DNA of 64,000 nt from Limnothrix sp. BL-A-16 (GTDB lineage: Bacteria > Cyanobacteriota > Cyanobacteriia > CACIAM-69d). Every line of letters begins with the position of its first letter. Position 1 is the stretch's first letter. Location: contig CP166615.1 in NCBI GenBank assembly GCA_041937175.2, forward strand, positions 3,584,001 to 3,648,000. The letters are read 5' to 3'. The notes below the pieces were generated by a model that saw only the letters and a program-made list of their open reading frames with translations, did no database searches and was not told where the DNA came from. Positions 30,696 through 40,711 of this stretch are shown one piece after another. A program made the position numbers and the translations under genes.

Positions 30696-31032
30696 AGAAG
30701 ATTGGCAAATTGCAAGCCTTCTCATTCAGTCAGATTTAGATAGCTACGGATCAATTTGCTTTCATGCACAATAATGTATTGAAAAGTTGATGAAAGCACT
30801 CTTAATTCAAGCTGAAGTTGTGCCGCCCTACAGCCATGACTTATCGACACTCGATCGAATGCTCAGTTCCAGTTATCCAAACTGGCAAGTTAACACCCAG
30901 GACTTAGCCTTTTTGACTCAATATGCTGTTGCGGCGCGATATCCAGGGCTGGAGGTTGATCGCAAAGATGCTCTAGATTGCATCAGTAAGTGTGCCAAAT
31001 TACGATCAACTGCTTTAACTTTCTTGCAATGA
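30658..31032 (+). pseudogene. HEPN domain protein with an in-frame nonsense codon
   Basis: ATG 30658; FHAQ*CIEKLMKA with TAA at 30772-30774, then HDL...ARYP. Confidence 0.85.
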
Positions 31033-31160
31033 TTTAATGACTGTGAGCGTTGCTTGCAAATTGCTGCACAGATACAGCCCTACTAACTTTGATTCACCAA
31101 TATTTAACGATTGTTCCAGTAATCTCTTCAACCTCAGTTGTCAAAATACTCCGCTAGCTC

Positions 31161-31412
31161 GATCGCGCGGAATTTGTGGAGAGTGGGTTCCCTGAGGGTG
31201 GGTAGTTCATAAACAGGAAGTACCCCCACGATCGGGTAGAGCATGGGCCGCATACTGGATTTATTCGCGATCCGGCGTTCTGCCAAGTTTTGAAGGCCCG
31301 GCTGCTCACCATCAGGAGATGCTGCCATGAAAACCAACCGATTTTTCTCGATTTTGACCGCCAGCCTGGCGATCGTTACGATCGTGCCTTGGGCAGCGCC
31401 AGGCCAGGCCGA
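31161..31412 (+). repeat. 252-bp direct repeat, copy 1 (upstream region plus signal-peptide start of the 32375 gene)
   Basis: Nearly identical to 32209-32460. Confidence 0.9.
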
Positions 31413-31485
31413 AAGGAGTTGTATTTGAAGTGTAAGATATGATTTGCTCAGAACCCCAAATAACATTAACTAAAAAGACACAAGC

Positions 31486-31728
31486 ATGACTTTATTGGAG
31501 CTTCGTGAGGCAACCTTAGCCTTGCCATGGCGAGATCGGTGGTTACTTCTTTGGACTGTCATTCGATCACTCTTCAGTTTCAAACAACAGGAAATGCCAC
31601 CGACGATCCTTGAGCGCATGGGTGGATTACCAGAGCATTGGCTGCATGATGGTGACTTGGCTGATCGAGATTTAAGGCGAGTAGCCTTGGCCGATCGACT
31701 CCATCAATCCACTACAGATCAATCATGA
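31486..31728 (+). CDS. Putative antitoxin (VapB-like small protein)
   Basis: 80-aa ORF overlapping the PIN toxin start by ATGA. Confidence 0.65.
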   Translation: MTLLELREATLALPWRDRWLLLWTVIRSLFSFKQQEMPPTILERMGGLPEHWLHDGDLADRDLRRVALADRLHQSTTDQS

Positions 31729-32144
31729 AGCCAGCAAAAGTGCTAGTGGACTCAGGCGTTTTAATTGCTTTTTATAATGCTGAGGATCGATACCACAGTC
31801 GAGTTGTTGATTTCTTTGGCGCTTGTCGAAGTGAACTGATTACAACTTTGGCTTGTGTCACGGAAGTACTTTGGTTATTGAATAAAAGTTGGCAAGTTCA
31901 AAATATTTTTCTGAACCATTTAGCACAGAATATTGATCGCTGTGAGTCATTAAATCGTCATGATTTTCAAAGAATTGTAGAACTCAATGAACAATACTCA
32001 GATTTACCTGGAGACTTTGCAGATTTAGCATTGGTAGCTATTTCAGAACGATTACGAATTGCAGAAATTGCAACTTTAGATAAGGATTTCGATGTGTATC
32101 GTCGCTACCGCAAAGAGCCTTTCATTCGGGTCTTTCGCCCCTAA
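31725..32144 (+). CDS. vapC: PIN domain VapC family toxin
   Basis: VLVDSG, VTEV, DFADLALV, ATLDKDF. Confidence 0.9.
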   Translation: MKPAKVLVDSGVLIAFYNAEDRYHSRVVDFFGACRSELITTLACVTEVLWLLNKSWQVQNIFLNHLAQNIDRCESLNRHDFQRIVELNEQYSDLPGDFADLALVAISERLRIAEIATLDKDFDVYRRYRKEPFIRVFRP

Positions 32145-32208
32145 CTTGATCAAACTCAGGTTACACATTACCCAACTATCTGCTCGCTAGTGAAGTCTAG
32201 CGGCATGA

Positions 32209-32460
32209 GATCGCGCGGAATTTGTGGAGAGTGGGTTCCCTGAGGGCGGCCAGTTCATAAACAGGAAGTGCCCCCGCGATCGGGTAGAGCATGGGCCGCA
32301 TACTGGATTTATTCGCGATCCGGCGTTCTGCCAAGTTTTGGAGGCCCGGCTGCTCACCATCAGGAGATGCTGCCATGAAAACCAACCGATTTTTCTCGAT
32401 TTTGACCGCCAGCCTGGCGATCGTTACGATCGTGCCTTGGGCAGCGCCGGCCCGGGCCGA
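32209..32460 (+). repeat. 252-bp direct repeat, copy 2
   Basis: Nearly identical to 31161-31412. Confidence 0.9.
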
Positions 32461-32791
32461 TTTGATTGCCCTGGGGCCGGGCATGAGTGAACCGATTCTT
32501 CGATCGGGCACGGCCGGCGGCAGCACCAGCACCAGTTGTGGCTTTGTGGCCGGTGCGCCCAACCATCGCTTGGCAGTGGGTCAGGATTTTGGCTCTCTGC
32601 GGGTGAAGGTGCAGGGGGGTGATGGGTTAACGCTGTTGGTGGTGGGGCCGAGCGGTCAATTTTGCATTCCGGCGGCTAATGGGGTGGCGGAAATGCCGGG
32701 CTATTGGAGCGCGGGCAACTATGAGATTTTTGTGGGCGATCGCAACCCCAGCGGCCGCCAACCCTATCAACTCTCGATTTCCACTAATTAA
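32375..32791 (+). CDS. Secreted hypothetical protein (PPC-like beta domain)
   Basis: AGGAG RBS, signal peptide ending ARA, CGFV...PNH...TLLVVGP...FC...GNYEIFVG. Confidence 0.75.
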   Translation: MKTNRFFSILTASLAIVTIVPWAAPARADLIALGPGMSEPILRSGTAGGSTSTSCGFVAGAPNHRLAVGQDFGSLRVKVQGGDGLTLLVVGPSGQFCIPAANGVAEMPGYWSAGNYEIFVGDRNPSGRQPYQLSISTN

Positions 32792-32834
32792 TTGCCTAGT
32801 GCTCAAGATTAGGGATCGAAAACTGCATGAGCGT

Positions 32835-33248
32835 TCAATAGCGTTGGTCGGGTGGGGTGGCATCCCGTAGCTCTCGTTTGCCCACCTCCACCGCTTGCAC
32901 ATCGATCGTGCCGGGAGCCGATTGGCGCTGCACCGTTTGCCCCAACCCACTCAGGGTCGTGCCGCAGTTGGGACAGTTGCTGCTGAAGCCGCGCAGGGTG
33001 GTGACGGGATAGCCACAGGCGGGGCAGGGGCCGGCCACCAAGTTGCGCCGCAGCCACCATAAACCGACCACACTGAGCACGATCGGGGTCAAAATCACCA
33101 GCAACAGCAACCAACCGATCGCCTGTACCACCACCCCTAAGCCGATCGCATTCAGCAGCCCGATCGCCCCTAAAATCAGCAACCAGGGCCCCAGGGCCGC
33201 GATCAGAATGGGCCAAGCTTGGGTTGATTTCCAATTAAAACGGTTCAC
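32835..33248 (-). CDS. Membrane protein with a zinc ribbon
   Basis: Two TMs, then CPAC...CPNCG and GTIDVQA tail. Confidence 0.75.
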   Translation of the reverse strand: MNRFNWKSTQAWPILIAALGPWLLILGAIGLLNAIGLGVVVQAIGWLLLLVILTPIVLSVVGLWWLRRNLVAGPCPACGYPVTTLRGFSSNCPNCGTTLSGLGQTVQRQSAPGTIDVQAVEVGKRELRDATPPDQRY

Positions 33249-33478
33249 GATCGGGTCAGCCTCTCAGCGAAACAATAGGGGCGATCGGGGTTTCTCAGAA
33301 TTTGTTATTTAACTGTTAATTAGCCCCAACAATAATCCCAAGGTGCAGCAATGCCATGTTCAGCGCTGAGCCGTCTGGAATGCAGAAAATACCCCATTTC
33401 CAGTATGGGCCGCAGGGGTGGCCAACCCAAGCCGATCGGGGGTGAGGTTGCCCGGCGAGATCGGGCGGGATCGCCCCC

Positions 33479-34774
33479 CTAGCGAAGGGTAGTTTTTGAG
33501 GCAATGCGGGTCTTTTTGCGATCGGCCTCCGACAGGTCATCGCCCGCCTGGAGTTTGGTGGCCTGGGTTTGCAGCACCGTCGCCGCGTTGCGATCGCCCA
33601 TTTGCAAAGCCGTTTGGGCCGCCGCTTGCAGCATGGTCACCGCCCCTTGGCGATCGCCCGTTTGCAGCTTGGTTTCAGCAATTTGGGTTTGGCGATATTT
33701 GGCCAATGCGCCGATGTGAGCCTGTACTGGGGCATTGGGAGCCGGGTGAAAGAGTTCGAGCGATCGCCCCATCACCGCGATCGGTTCCGACAGCACATCC
33801 ACCTGACCCGTCGCCGGATCGTCATAACAAACCTGCACCTGAACCAACCGATGATCCCCCGGCGGCACCTGGGCCACATAGGCATTCACCAACACCACCC
33901 GCGGCCCATCCACCATCAAATCGCCCAACCGCACCTCCAGCCGACCATCGGGCAACTCCTGCGCCGTCAGTTCCACCGTTTCCGGGGCCACCTGGGCGAT
34001 CGGCTTCAGCTCCGCCAAGCGCACAGGTGACTCCAACGCCAACAACAACCGCGCATTGGTTAACTGCACCGACTGCACCCGAGCCAAGAGCGTTTCAAAG
34101 GCGGCGGGTGCATCTTCCGGCTGTTCGATGTAGCAGAGGGCCCCGGCTCCCGCGTCGGCAATCTGTTCCAGGGTGTCTTGGTTCCAATGGCTGCCGAATC
34201 CGAGGCAATGGACTGAAATGCCGTAGCTCGCGGCCAATTCCGCCATCTTTAAGCAGCGGGGATCGTTGCCATGCTCGTTTTCCCCATCGGTTAGCAGGAA
34301 AATTTGCGACACCGAGGGCGCAGTGGGCAAAATTCCGCTGTGATCGACGTTGACGTTGCCCAAAAGGCCCGATTCCTTACGCGATCGCGCCAGTTCTTCA
34401 ATGCCCAGCTTCAGGCCTTCATCAATGCAAGTGCCGCCGCCGGCCGCTAAACCCTCGATCGCCTGCAAAATTGACAGCGGCTCCGGGGCCACTTCCTGAC
34501 AAGGCAAAATCACTTGGGCCTCGTGGTCAAAGGCCACCAACGACAGGCGATCGCCCAGGGCCAACTGACCCACCAACTGACGCGCCGCCGCTTTCACCAT
34601 CTCCATCGGTCGGCCGCGCATGGAACCGCTGCGATCGAGAATCAAGCACAGGTTCGATCGCACCCGCCCATGGCCGGCCTGGGCCGCCACCGAAATCGCC
34701 AGTTGCCGCTGGTTACGGGCCAACTTGGCATCCAAATTGGCATCACTGAGGGCACATTGCACAAGGGCTGGCAT
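33479..34774 (-). CDS. von Willebrand factor A domain protein
   Basis: MIDAS DRSGSM, GGT, LLTDG. Confidence 0.9.
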   Translation of the reverse strand: MPALVQCALSDANLDAKLARNQRQLAISVAAQAGHGRVRSNLCLILDRSGSMRGRPMEMVKAAARQLVGQLALGDRLSLVAFDHEAQVILPCQEVAPEPLSILQAIEGLAAGGGTCIDEGLKLGIEELARSRKESGLLGNVNVDHSGILPTAPSVSQIFLLTDGENEHGNDPRCLKMAELAASYGISVHCLGFGSHWNQDTLEQIADAGAGALCYIEQPEDAPAAFETLLARVQSVQLTNARLLLALESPVRLAELKPIAQVAPETVELTAQELPDGRLEVRLGDLMVDGPRVVLVNAYVAQVPPGDHRLVQVQVCYDDPATGQVDVLSEPIAVMGRSLELFHPAPNAPVQAHIGALAKYRQTQIAETKLQTGDRQGAVTMLQAAAQTALQMGDRNAATVLQTQATKLQAGDDLSEADRKKTRIASKTTLR

Positions 34775-35076
34775 GATTTGCACCTCCTGCCGGAGAAAAA
34801 ACGCATTGAACGCTGGCGGGCCCCAACCATCGCCATCCAAACGATAGCAAGGAACCCAACGCTGAAACCTTCAACCGCACTGAAGACCACTCATCACCCC
34901 AGCAACCGACGCGCCGGCAGCCCAAGGAATCGCCACCCCCAGCAAACCACCCACAGCAACAATTGATTGAGAACCATTGAGCAGCCACAAGCGATGGCTT
35001 TTTTCTAGGCTATGACTGAAGCGCGACCGGAATCTATTCTGAATCGTCCCGCTTTCTCCGGTTCTAACAAAATTCT

Positions 35077-35625
35077 ATGCAGAAGATTCACCCGAATCTG
35101 CGGCGATGGTTGCTTGGCCTCGTGAGTCCCATGGTGATGATCGGGGCGATCGGGCTGCCGGCCCAAGCGGAGACCGTTGCGCCCAGCTTTTTTCAAGGAT
35201 CTACTCCCCTCAGCCTCACACTTCAGGAATTGGACGATCAGTGGCGTGTATTCAGCGTCACGGGGCAAATTGAAACCAGCAACATGCTGTCCCTAACGGC
35301 GGCAATTTTCGGCGCATCGCCCAGCGACTATTACACCAAGGGCGAGATTGCGGAGGTGGGCGGCGAGCGCTTTTTGGTTGCCTACCGTGTCATGCCCGGC
35401 AGCATTACGGAACCGGCCGCCGTCAATGGCAGCACGCCGATTCATGTGTCGCTGATTCATCTCGATCAGGTGGCTTCTTTGAATGATTTCCGGCCCTTCA
35501 GCCTGGTGACGGAGATCGATCGCCTCAAGGCCCTCATCCAAAGCCGCGCCGCTTCGCCGTTCAATATGTTCAACGGTGGCGGCCCACCGCGCTCTTTGCC
35601 GCCCCTTCCCCGATCGACTCCCTAA
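35077..35625 (+). CDS. Secreted hypothetical protein
   Basis: Signal peptide ending AQA; YYTKG...FLVAYR. Confidence 0.7.
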   Translation: MQKIHPNLRRWLLGLVSPMVMIGAIGLPAQAETVAPSFFQGSTPLSLTLQELDDQWRVFSVTGQIETSNMLSLTAAIFGASPSDYYTKGEIAEVGGERFLVAYRVMPGSITEPAAVNGSTPIHVSLIHLDQVASLNDFRPFSLVTEIDRLKALIQSRAASPFNMFNGGGPPRSLPPLPRSTP

Positions 35626-35697
35626 AACCTTTTCCGAAAACTTTTCAGGGCGATCCAAACCGATCGCCCTTCCGATCGCCTCAGAGCAGCCCAACCG

Positions 35698-36678
35698 CTA
35701 CAGACCTTCCACAACGGGTTTACCAAACCAGCGATCGCTCAGCTTCACGTACCAAGCCGCCGCCTGTACCTGGATGATGTAGCTCATAGAAATAATTAGG
35801 GCAATTTCAGCGCCCGCCTTAGCCCCAAATACCGTCATTGCAATAGCCAGGGCGATCGACAAATTACGCATCACCGTGCCATAGACCAGAGCGATCGCAT
35901 CTTCGCGGGAAAACCAAATTTTGCCCACCACCGTACTCAACACAAAGTTGATCAGGTAAATCAGCATCAACGGCCCGAAATAGCCCAGAAACACGAGCGG
36001 TGAAGCCACAATCGCCTTCGCTTTCAGCGCCATTGCCACAAACACAATTCCCAACACGCCTAGGGTTGAAAAGACTGGAAACTTTTTCTTCAGGTTTCCC
36101 TCATACTTTTGTTTTCCCACCGTTGAAATCAGCACTTTTTTCGTGACCAAACCCAAAATCATGGGCAAAAACACCACGATCGCAATTTGCTTAAAGGTTT
36201 CCATCAAGGGAATTTCAATGGCTCGTCCTAGCAAAGCTTGGGCATAGAGGGGCGTGGCCAGAGAACCTAAAATCAAGCCAATCACGGTCATTTGAATTGC
36301 GGCTGTCAGGTTTCCCTTCGCAAAGCCTGTCCAAGAAATGGTCATGCCGCTGGTGGGAAGCAATCCCGTTAACAACAACCCCAGCCAAATCAGCGGTTGA
36401 TCGCGGAAGAAAAGCCAGCCAATACCATAAGCCAAAAATGGCACAAGTCCAAAGTTAATAAACTGGGCAACCCCTTGCAGTTTCCAGTTTCCCCCAGCCA
36501 CCAACTTGCCAAATTGCAAGTTGATCATCATTGGATAAACCATGAGAAAGGTGAGGGGAACAATTAGATCCTTGAGTCCCCCCGGATCAGTGACGAGTCC
36601 AAATAAAATTCCTGCAGCCATGAAAATTGGCACTGACCAAATCAGTTGATTTTGCAGCAGTGCTAGTAATTTCCACAT
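35698..36678 (-). CDS. Acr3/bile acid:sodium symporter family transporter ('arsenic resistance protein'-like)
   Basis: MVYPMM, PTSGMTISWTGFAKGN, MRNLSIALA; ~10 TMs. Confidence 0.82.
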   Translation of the reverse strand: MWKLLALLQNQLIWSVPIFMAAGILFGLVTDPGGLKDLIVPLTFLMVYPMMINLQFGKLVAGGNWKLQGVAQFINFGLVPFLAYGIGWLFFRDQPLIWLGLLLTGLLPTSGMTISWTGFAKGNLTAAIQMTVIGLILGSLATPLYAQALLGRAIEIPLMETFKQIAIVVFLPMILGLVTKKVLISTVGKQKYEGNLKKKFPVFSTLGVLGIVFVAMALKAKAIVASPLVFLGYFGPLMLIYLINFVLSTVVGKIWFSREDAIALVYGTVMRNLSIALAIAMTVFGAKAGAEIALIISMSYIIQVQAAAWYVKLSDRWFGKPVVEGL

Positions 36679-36939
36679 ATTGATTGTTCTCCAAATTCTT
36701 GATGCTTGAATGACCTAACAGGGCAAATAAATTGAAGCATTGTTCAACCGGTTTAGGCTTTACCCGATCGCCCTTGATCACGCTTTCCAGTCAGATAAGA
36801 AACTAGACAACCAGCAACAAGACCACCGTCCCCCACGATTACCGTTTTGCCTGCAAGCAACTTTGGAGCGGGGGGTGAGACATGCGGGTTGCGGGCCGAC
36901 TCACGCGGGCGGTTCACTCAGCGGGCGATCGGGCAGGAG

Positions 36940-37323
36940 CTATAGCTGTTCCATCACCTTGTCCATCAAGGTTTTGGCTTCCAGAGCAAGACCCTTGGCC
37001 TCTGGGTTTTCAAGGGCTGCAAACATGACTGTGGGGTCGATCGCAGACACTTCCACAGTTCCGCCCGCCTGTTCTTGCACCACCACATTGCAGGGATAGA
37101 AAACGCCGGCTTTGTCTTCCGCTTGCAAGATGCCGTAGGCAATGCGTGGATGGCAGGCTCCCAGGATGGTGTAGCGCCGGAATTCCGCATCGAGTTTTTG
37201 TTTAAAGGCCGCTTTGGCATCAATTTCCGTCAGCACCCCAAAGCCTTGCTGTTTGAGGGCTTCTTTGGTGTGGGTAATGGCTTCATCAAAGGGCAGATTC
37301 AGAACTTTGCTGAGGTGATACAT
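36940..37323 (-). CDS. DUF302 domain protein
   Basis: GFGVLTEID, YTILGACHP, PCNVVV. Confidence 0.9.
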   Translation of the reverse strand: MYHLSKVLNLPFDEAITHTKEALKQQGFGVLTEIDAKAAFKQKLDAEFRRYTILGACHPRIAYGILQAEDKAGVFYPCNVVVQEQAGGTVEVSAIDPTVMFAALENPEAKGLALEAKTLMDKVMEQL

Positions 37324-37560
37324 CTGAAAAAACTCCGCAATGGGTAATAGAGGTGGTTTGGGGCAATTCCGTCAGCCCCAGGGCAAAAACCCAGCAGATG
37401 GGAAAAGACGGGGCGATCGCAGGCAAGACAATCAACCCCTGGAAATCTTGCCAGCCGGGGGATTTGGGGATTCGGAGGAATTGCGATCGGGACTTGCTGC
37501 TTTCTGTATAATAAACTATATAACTAAATAAGCAAGTACGAAACAAGGGAGCACCCGGCA

Positions 37561-38883
37561 ATGGCACAGGTAATCGTGATCGGTGCAGGATTAGGCGGTT
37601 TGCCCACGGCCTATGAACTGCGACATTGGCTCAAGGGCGGGCATCAAATTACCTTGGTGTCTGACCGTCCCCAGTTCACCTTCATTCCGGGCCTGATTCA
37701 GGTGGCCTTGGGCAAAATTCCCCTGGAGCATGTGCAGCTTGATGTGGCTTCCCTCTGCCAGCGCCATGGGTTGGAGTGGGTGGACAGTGCGGTGGTGCGG
37801 GTGGATCCCGATCGACAAACGGTGCAGCTCGCCAATGATCAGGTGCTTTCCTACGACTACTTAGTCATTGCCAGCGGCCCTTCATTGGCTTTTGATGAAA
37901 TCCCCGGTTTGGGGCCCCACGGGGGTTATACCCAGTCTGTTTGCAATCCCGCTCATGCGCTGATCGCCCGGGAGGCCTGGGCAGCTTTTCTGGAAAATCC
38001 GACGGATTTGGTGGTGGGAGCCGCGCCGAAAACCGGTTGCTTGGGGCCGGGTTATGAGTTTGCACTGCTGGCCGATGAGGAATTGCGCAAACGCGGCCTG
38101 CGGGATCAGGTGACGATTACCTACATCACACCGGAACCCTACGCGGGCTATTTGGGACTGCCGGATCTGTATATGGCTCGCGAGCTAACGGAAGGAGCTC
38201 TGGCAGAGCAGGGGATACAGGTGGTGACCAATGCGGAGATCGATCGAGTGTTGCCCGATCGAGTGGAACTCGCCGATGGTCGCCAATTCCCCTTTGGCTA
38301 CGCGATGATTTTGCCCGCTTTCCGGGGAGCGGAATATGTGCAGGCTTCTGGGTTAGGGAACGATCGGGGCTTTATTCCGATCCTGCCCACCCAGCGCCAC
38401 CGAGACCACGAGCGGATCTATGCCCTGGGGGTGAGTGTGCATCTGGAGCAGCCCTATCACACACCTGTCCCGATCGGGCTACCCAAGAGCGGCCAAATGA
38501 CCGAAGCCATGGGCGCAGCGGTGGCCTACAACATCGCCGTGGACTTGGGATCTTTGCCCCGTCCACACCAAGTTCCTACCCTCGAAGCCCTTTGCTTTGC
38601 GGAATTTGGCCAAACCGGCATTGCCTACATTGCTGCCCCAATTTTGCCTGATCCCGTTAGTGGCCAACGACGCTATTCCTACGCCACCCGAGGCGCTTGG
38701 GTGAATTGGGCAAAAGCAGCCTTTGAACGCTACTTCCTACTCAAAATGCAATGGGGAATTGGGCTACCCTGGTTTGAACTGTGGGGGCTAAAGCTTTTAT
38801 TTGGCCTTTCGCTCCTGCGGCCCATTTCCCAATCCTTTGAGCCAAACACTGGCTCTCATCTTCATGCCCCGCACCACACCTAA
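37561..38883 (+). CDS. sqr: Sulfide:quinone oxidoreductase (type I-like)
   Basis: GAGLGG FAD motif; Cys in SVCNP, GCLGPGYE and LCFAEFG; PKSGQMTE. Confidence 0.88.
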   Translation: MAQVIVIGAGLGGLPTAYELRHWLKGGHQITLVSDRPQFTFIPGLIQVALGKIPLEHVQLDVASLCQRHGLEWVDSAVVRVDPDRQTVQLANDQVLSYDYLVIASGPSLAFDEIPGLGPHGGYTQSVCNPAHALIAREAWAAFLENPTDLVVGAAPKTGCLGPGYEFALLADEELRKRGLRDQVTITYITPEPYAGYLGLPDLYMARELTEGALAEQGIQVVTNAEIDRVLPDRVELADGRQFPFGYAMILPAFRGAEYVQASGLGNDRGFIPILPTQRHRDHERIYALGVSVHLEQPYHTPVPIGLPKSGQMTEAMGAAVAYNIAVDLGSLPRPHQVPTLEALCFAEFGQTGIAYIAAPILPDPVSGQRRYSYATRGAWVNWAKAAFERYFLLKMQWGIGLPWFELWGLKLLFGLSLLRPISQSFEPNTGSHLHAPHHT

Positions 38884-39238
38884 TTCCCTGTTGAACTTGT
38901 CGGCTGAAATGACTCTCGCTGCGGCCAGCCCTGATTTAGATCGACTCGCTGACCTGTTCAAATTGTTGGGCGATCGCAGTCGATTGGGAATTCTTTGGCG
39001 CATTTGCCAAGGTGAGTGCAATGTTACCGAAATTAGCGAATCAACGAGTCTGAGCCAAGCCAACGTTTCCAAACATTTGCAAATGTTACGAATGGCTCGG
39101 TTGGTAGCCTGTCGGAAGGAAGGAAATGCGCGAATTTACTTTCTTTCTGATCAGAAATATTTAGGGCTTTGTGCTCAATCATTGATTGATCTTTCCACTT
39201 TTTCCCCACCGGAGATTTCCACATGCGACGAATCCTAA
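38864..39238 (+). CDS. ArsR/SmtB family transcriptional regulator (Cys-rich)
   Basis: LFKLLGDRSRL...LSQANVSKHL...RKEG. Confidence 0.9.
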   Translation: MPRTTPNSLLNLSAEMTLAAASPDLDRLADLFKLLGDRSRLGILWRICQGECNVTEISESTSLSQANVSKHLQMLRMARLVACRKEGNARIYFLSDQKYLGLCAQSLIDLSTFSPPEISTCDES

Positions 39239-39822
39239 TGGTTGGTATCAGTCTGATTTGGGCGATCGCCCTCAATTGCGCGATCGCCCCGGTAGCCCAA
39301 GCCAACGCCAGCCCCGAGCAATTGACCAAAGCGGTGGAAGCCATTGAAAACCTCGATGCTCTGCGATCGGGACTCGCCTCCACCTTGGAAGGCCAAACCG
39401 CTCCCCCCACTGCCGAAACCATGAAAGCCGTGTGTAAGCCAGTGGGAATGGAAGCCAAACGGATCGCCCAAACGGAAGGTTGGCAGTTGCGCCAAGTTTC
39501 CCAAAAGTATCGAAACCCAGAACATCGGCCCCAGAACGCCACAGAATTAGCGGTCTTAGAACAGTTTTCAGCCAATCCCGAATTACAAGGTTTGTGGCAG
39601 CGAGGCCAGGTGAATGGCCAGCCTGGAATGCACTATTTTCGCCGCATTAATGTATCGCCTGGTTGTTTAGCTTGTCATGGGCAAAAATCCCGCCGGCCCA
39701 AATTTGTAGCCGACAACTATCCCGAAGATCTGGCCTACGATTTCAAGCCCGGTGATTTGCGAGGAATGTACGCCACCTTTATTCCCGATTTAGCGGCCGC
39801 TTTGACTGAATCCGGATCATAA
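39223..39822 (+). CDS. Tll0287-like (DUF3365) c-type heme protein
   Basis: Signal peptide, VCKPVG, KYRNP, CLACHG, GDLRG. Confidence 0.88.
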   Translation: MRRILMVGISLIWAIALNCAIAPVAQANASPEQLTKAVEAIENLDALRSGLASTLEGQTAPPTAETMKAVCKPVGMEAKRIAQTEGWQLRQVSQKYRNPEHRPQNATELAVLEQFSANPELQGLWQRGQVNGQPGMHYFRRINVSPGCLACHGQKSRRPKFVADNYPEDLAYDFKPGDLRGMYATFIPDLAAALTESGS

Positions 39823-39957
39823 TTTTCAGTCCACCATATTTGGCCTGTAGGGCGTTAAACGCCTGACTGAATCCCGGGTTGAAGCTTGATGATCACGCCT
39901 TTCAAAAGTATTTCCAAGCGTCACAAAAGATTCCCAAACAATTGGCAGGAAAAGACC

Positions 39958-40200
39958 ATGCAGATTCAAGCGCTCGTGACCCATGACATGACATTAATGA
40001 GCGATCGCACCAGTATGACGATCGTGGGGCAACGGATCTGTCATTTGACCAACGAGGTGCATTTGAGCTTTGCGTTAAAACAGCCTCAATCACTGGATGA
40101 TTGTTTGGGGCAAACGGAATCGCTGTGTTTGGTAATGTCCGATGAGGACGCGCGGCTGTTGGGGCGATTGCTGTTGGATTTGGCGACGACAGAGGATTGA
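39958..40200 (+). CDS. Hypothetical protein
   Basis: AGGA RBS before ATG; 80 aa; no recognised motif. Confidence 0.45.
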   Translation: MQIQALVTHDMTLMSDRTSMTIVGQRICHLTNEVHLSFALKQPQSLDDCLGQTESLCLVMSDEDARLLGRLLLDLATTED

Positions 40201-40711
40201 CTTAGGCCATAGGGCGATCGACCGTCGCAGCCCATTGCTCGATCGGCTCGATCGTCCACAATTCCACTCCTGAGTCACGAGCAGCCAAACCGTCTCTCAG
40301 TCCCCAATCAGCAGAAAATCAAGTCATGCAGACTCGAACAGCATCAAGATCCTGACTTGAGTGCTGTTCTTTCGGCATGGGAGGCTGTAACAAAGTTGAC
40401 TCATCCCTCAACAGAAAATAATCCCGCCCTTGCGGTTTAATAGATCGTTGTAGTGGCTCAAGGGGTAGTAGTGATTTATACATTCGCCATGTCATCATTT
40501 GCCAAATTGTAGTAACAACAGAGGGTAATGAGCTGGATATGCCCCCTATCGCAGATTAGACAAAGCATTTATTATTTTTCGCTCATGAAACTTAACTTGA
40601 TCGTCAGTGTCGGTCAGGTAATAATTCCTGTTGAAAGATGACTGACATCGTAAAGCTTTCAGGGCACTCAAGCCAATCACATTGATCAGTCCCCTTGCGG
40701 AGGAAAGGCAC

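Noticed and set aside
31134..31466. Paralogous minus-strand ORFs at 31134-31466 and 32197-32562
   Set aside because: Their similarity comes from the 252-bp duplication; the real gene is on the plus strand
40205..40680. Possible small ORF or RNA upstream of the FIST gene
   Set aside because: Only short, motif-less ORFs and no clear structure
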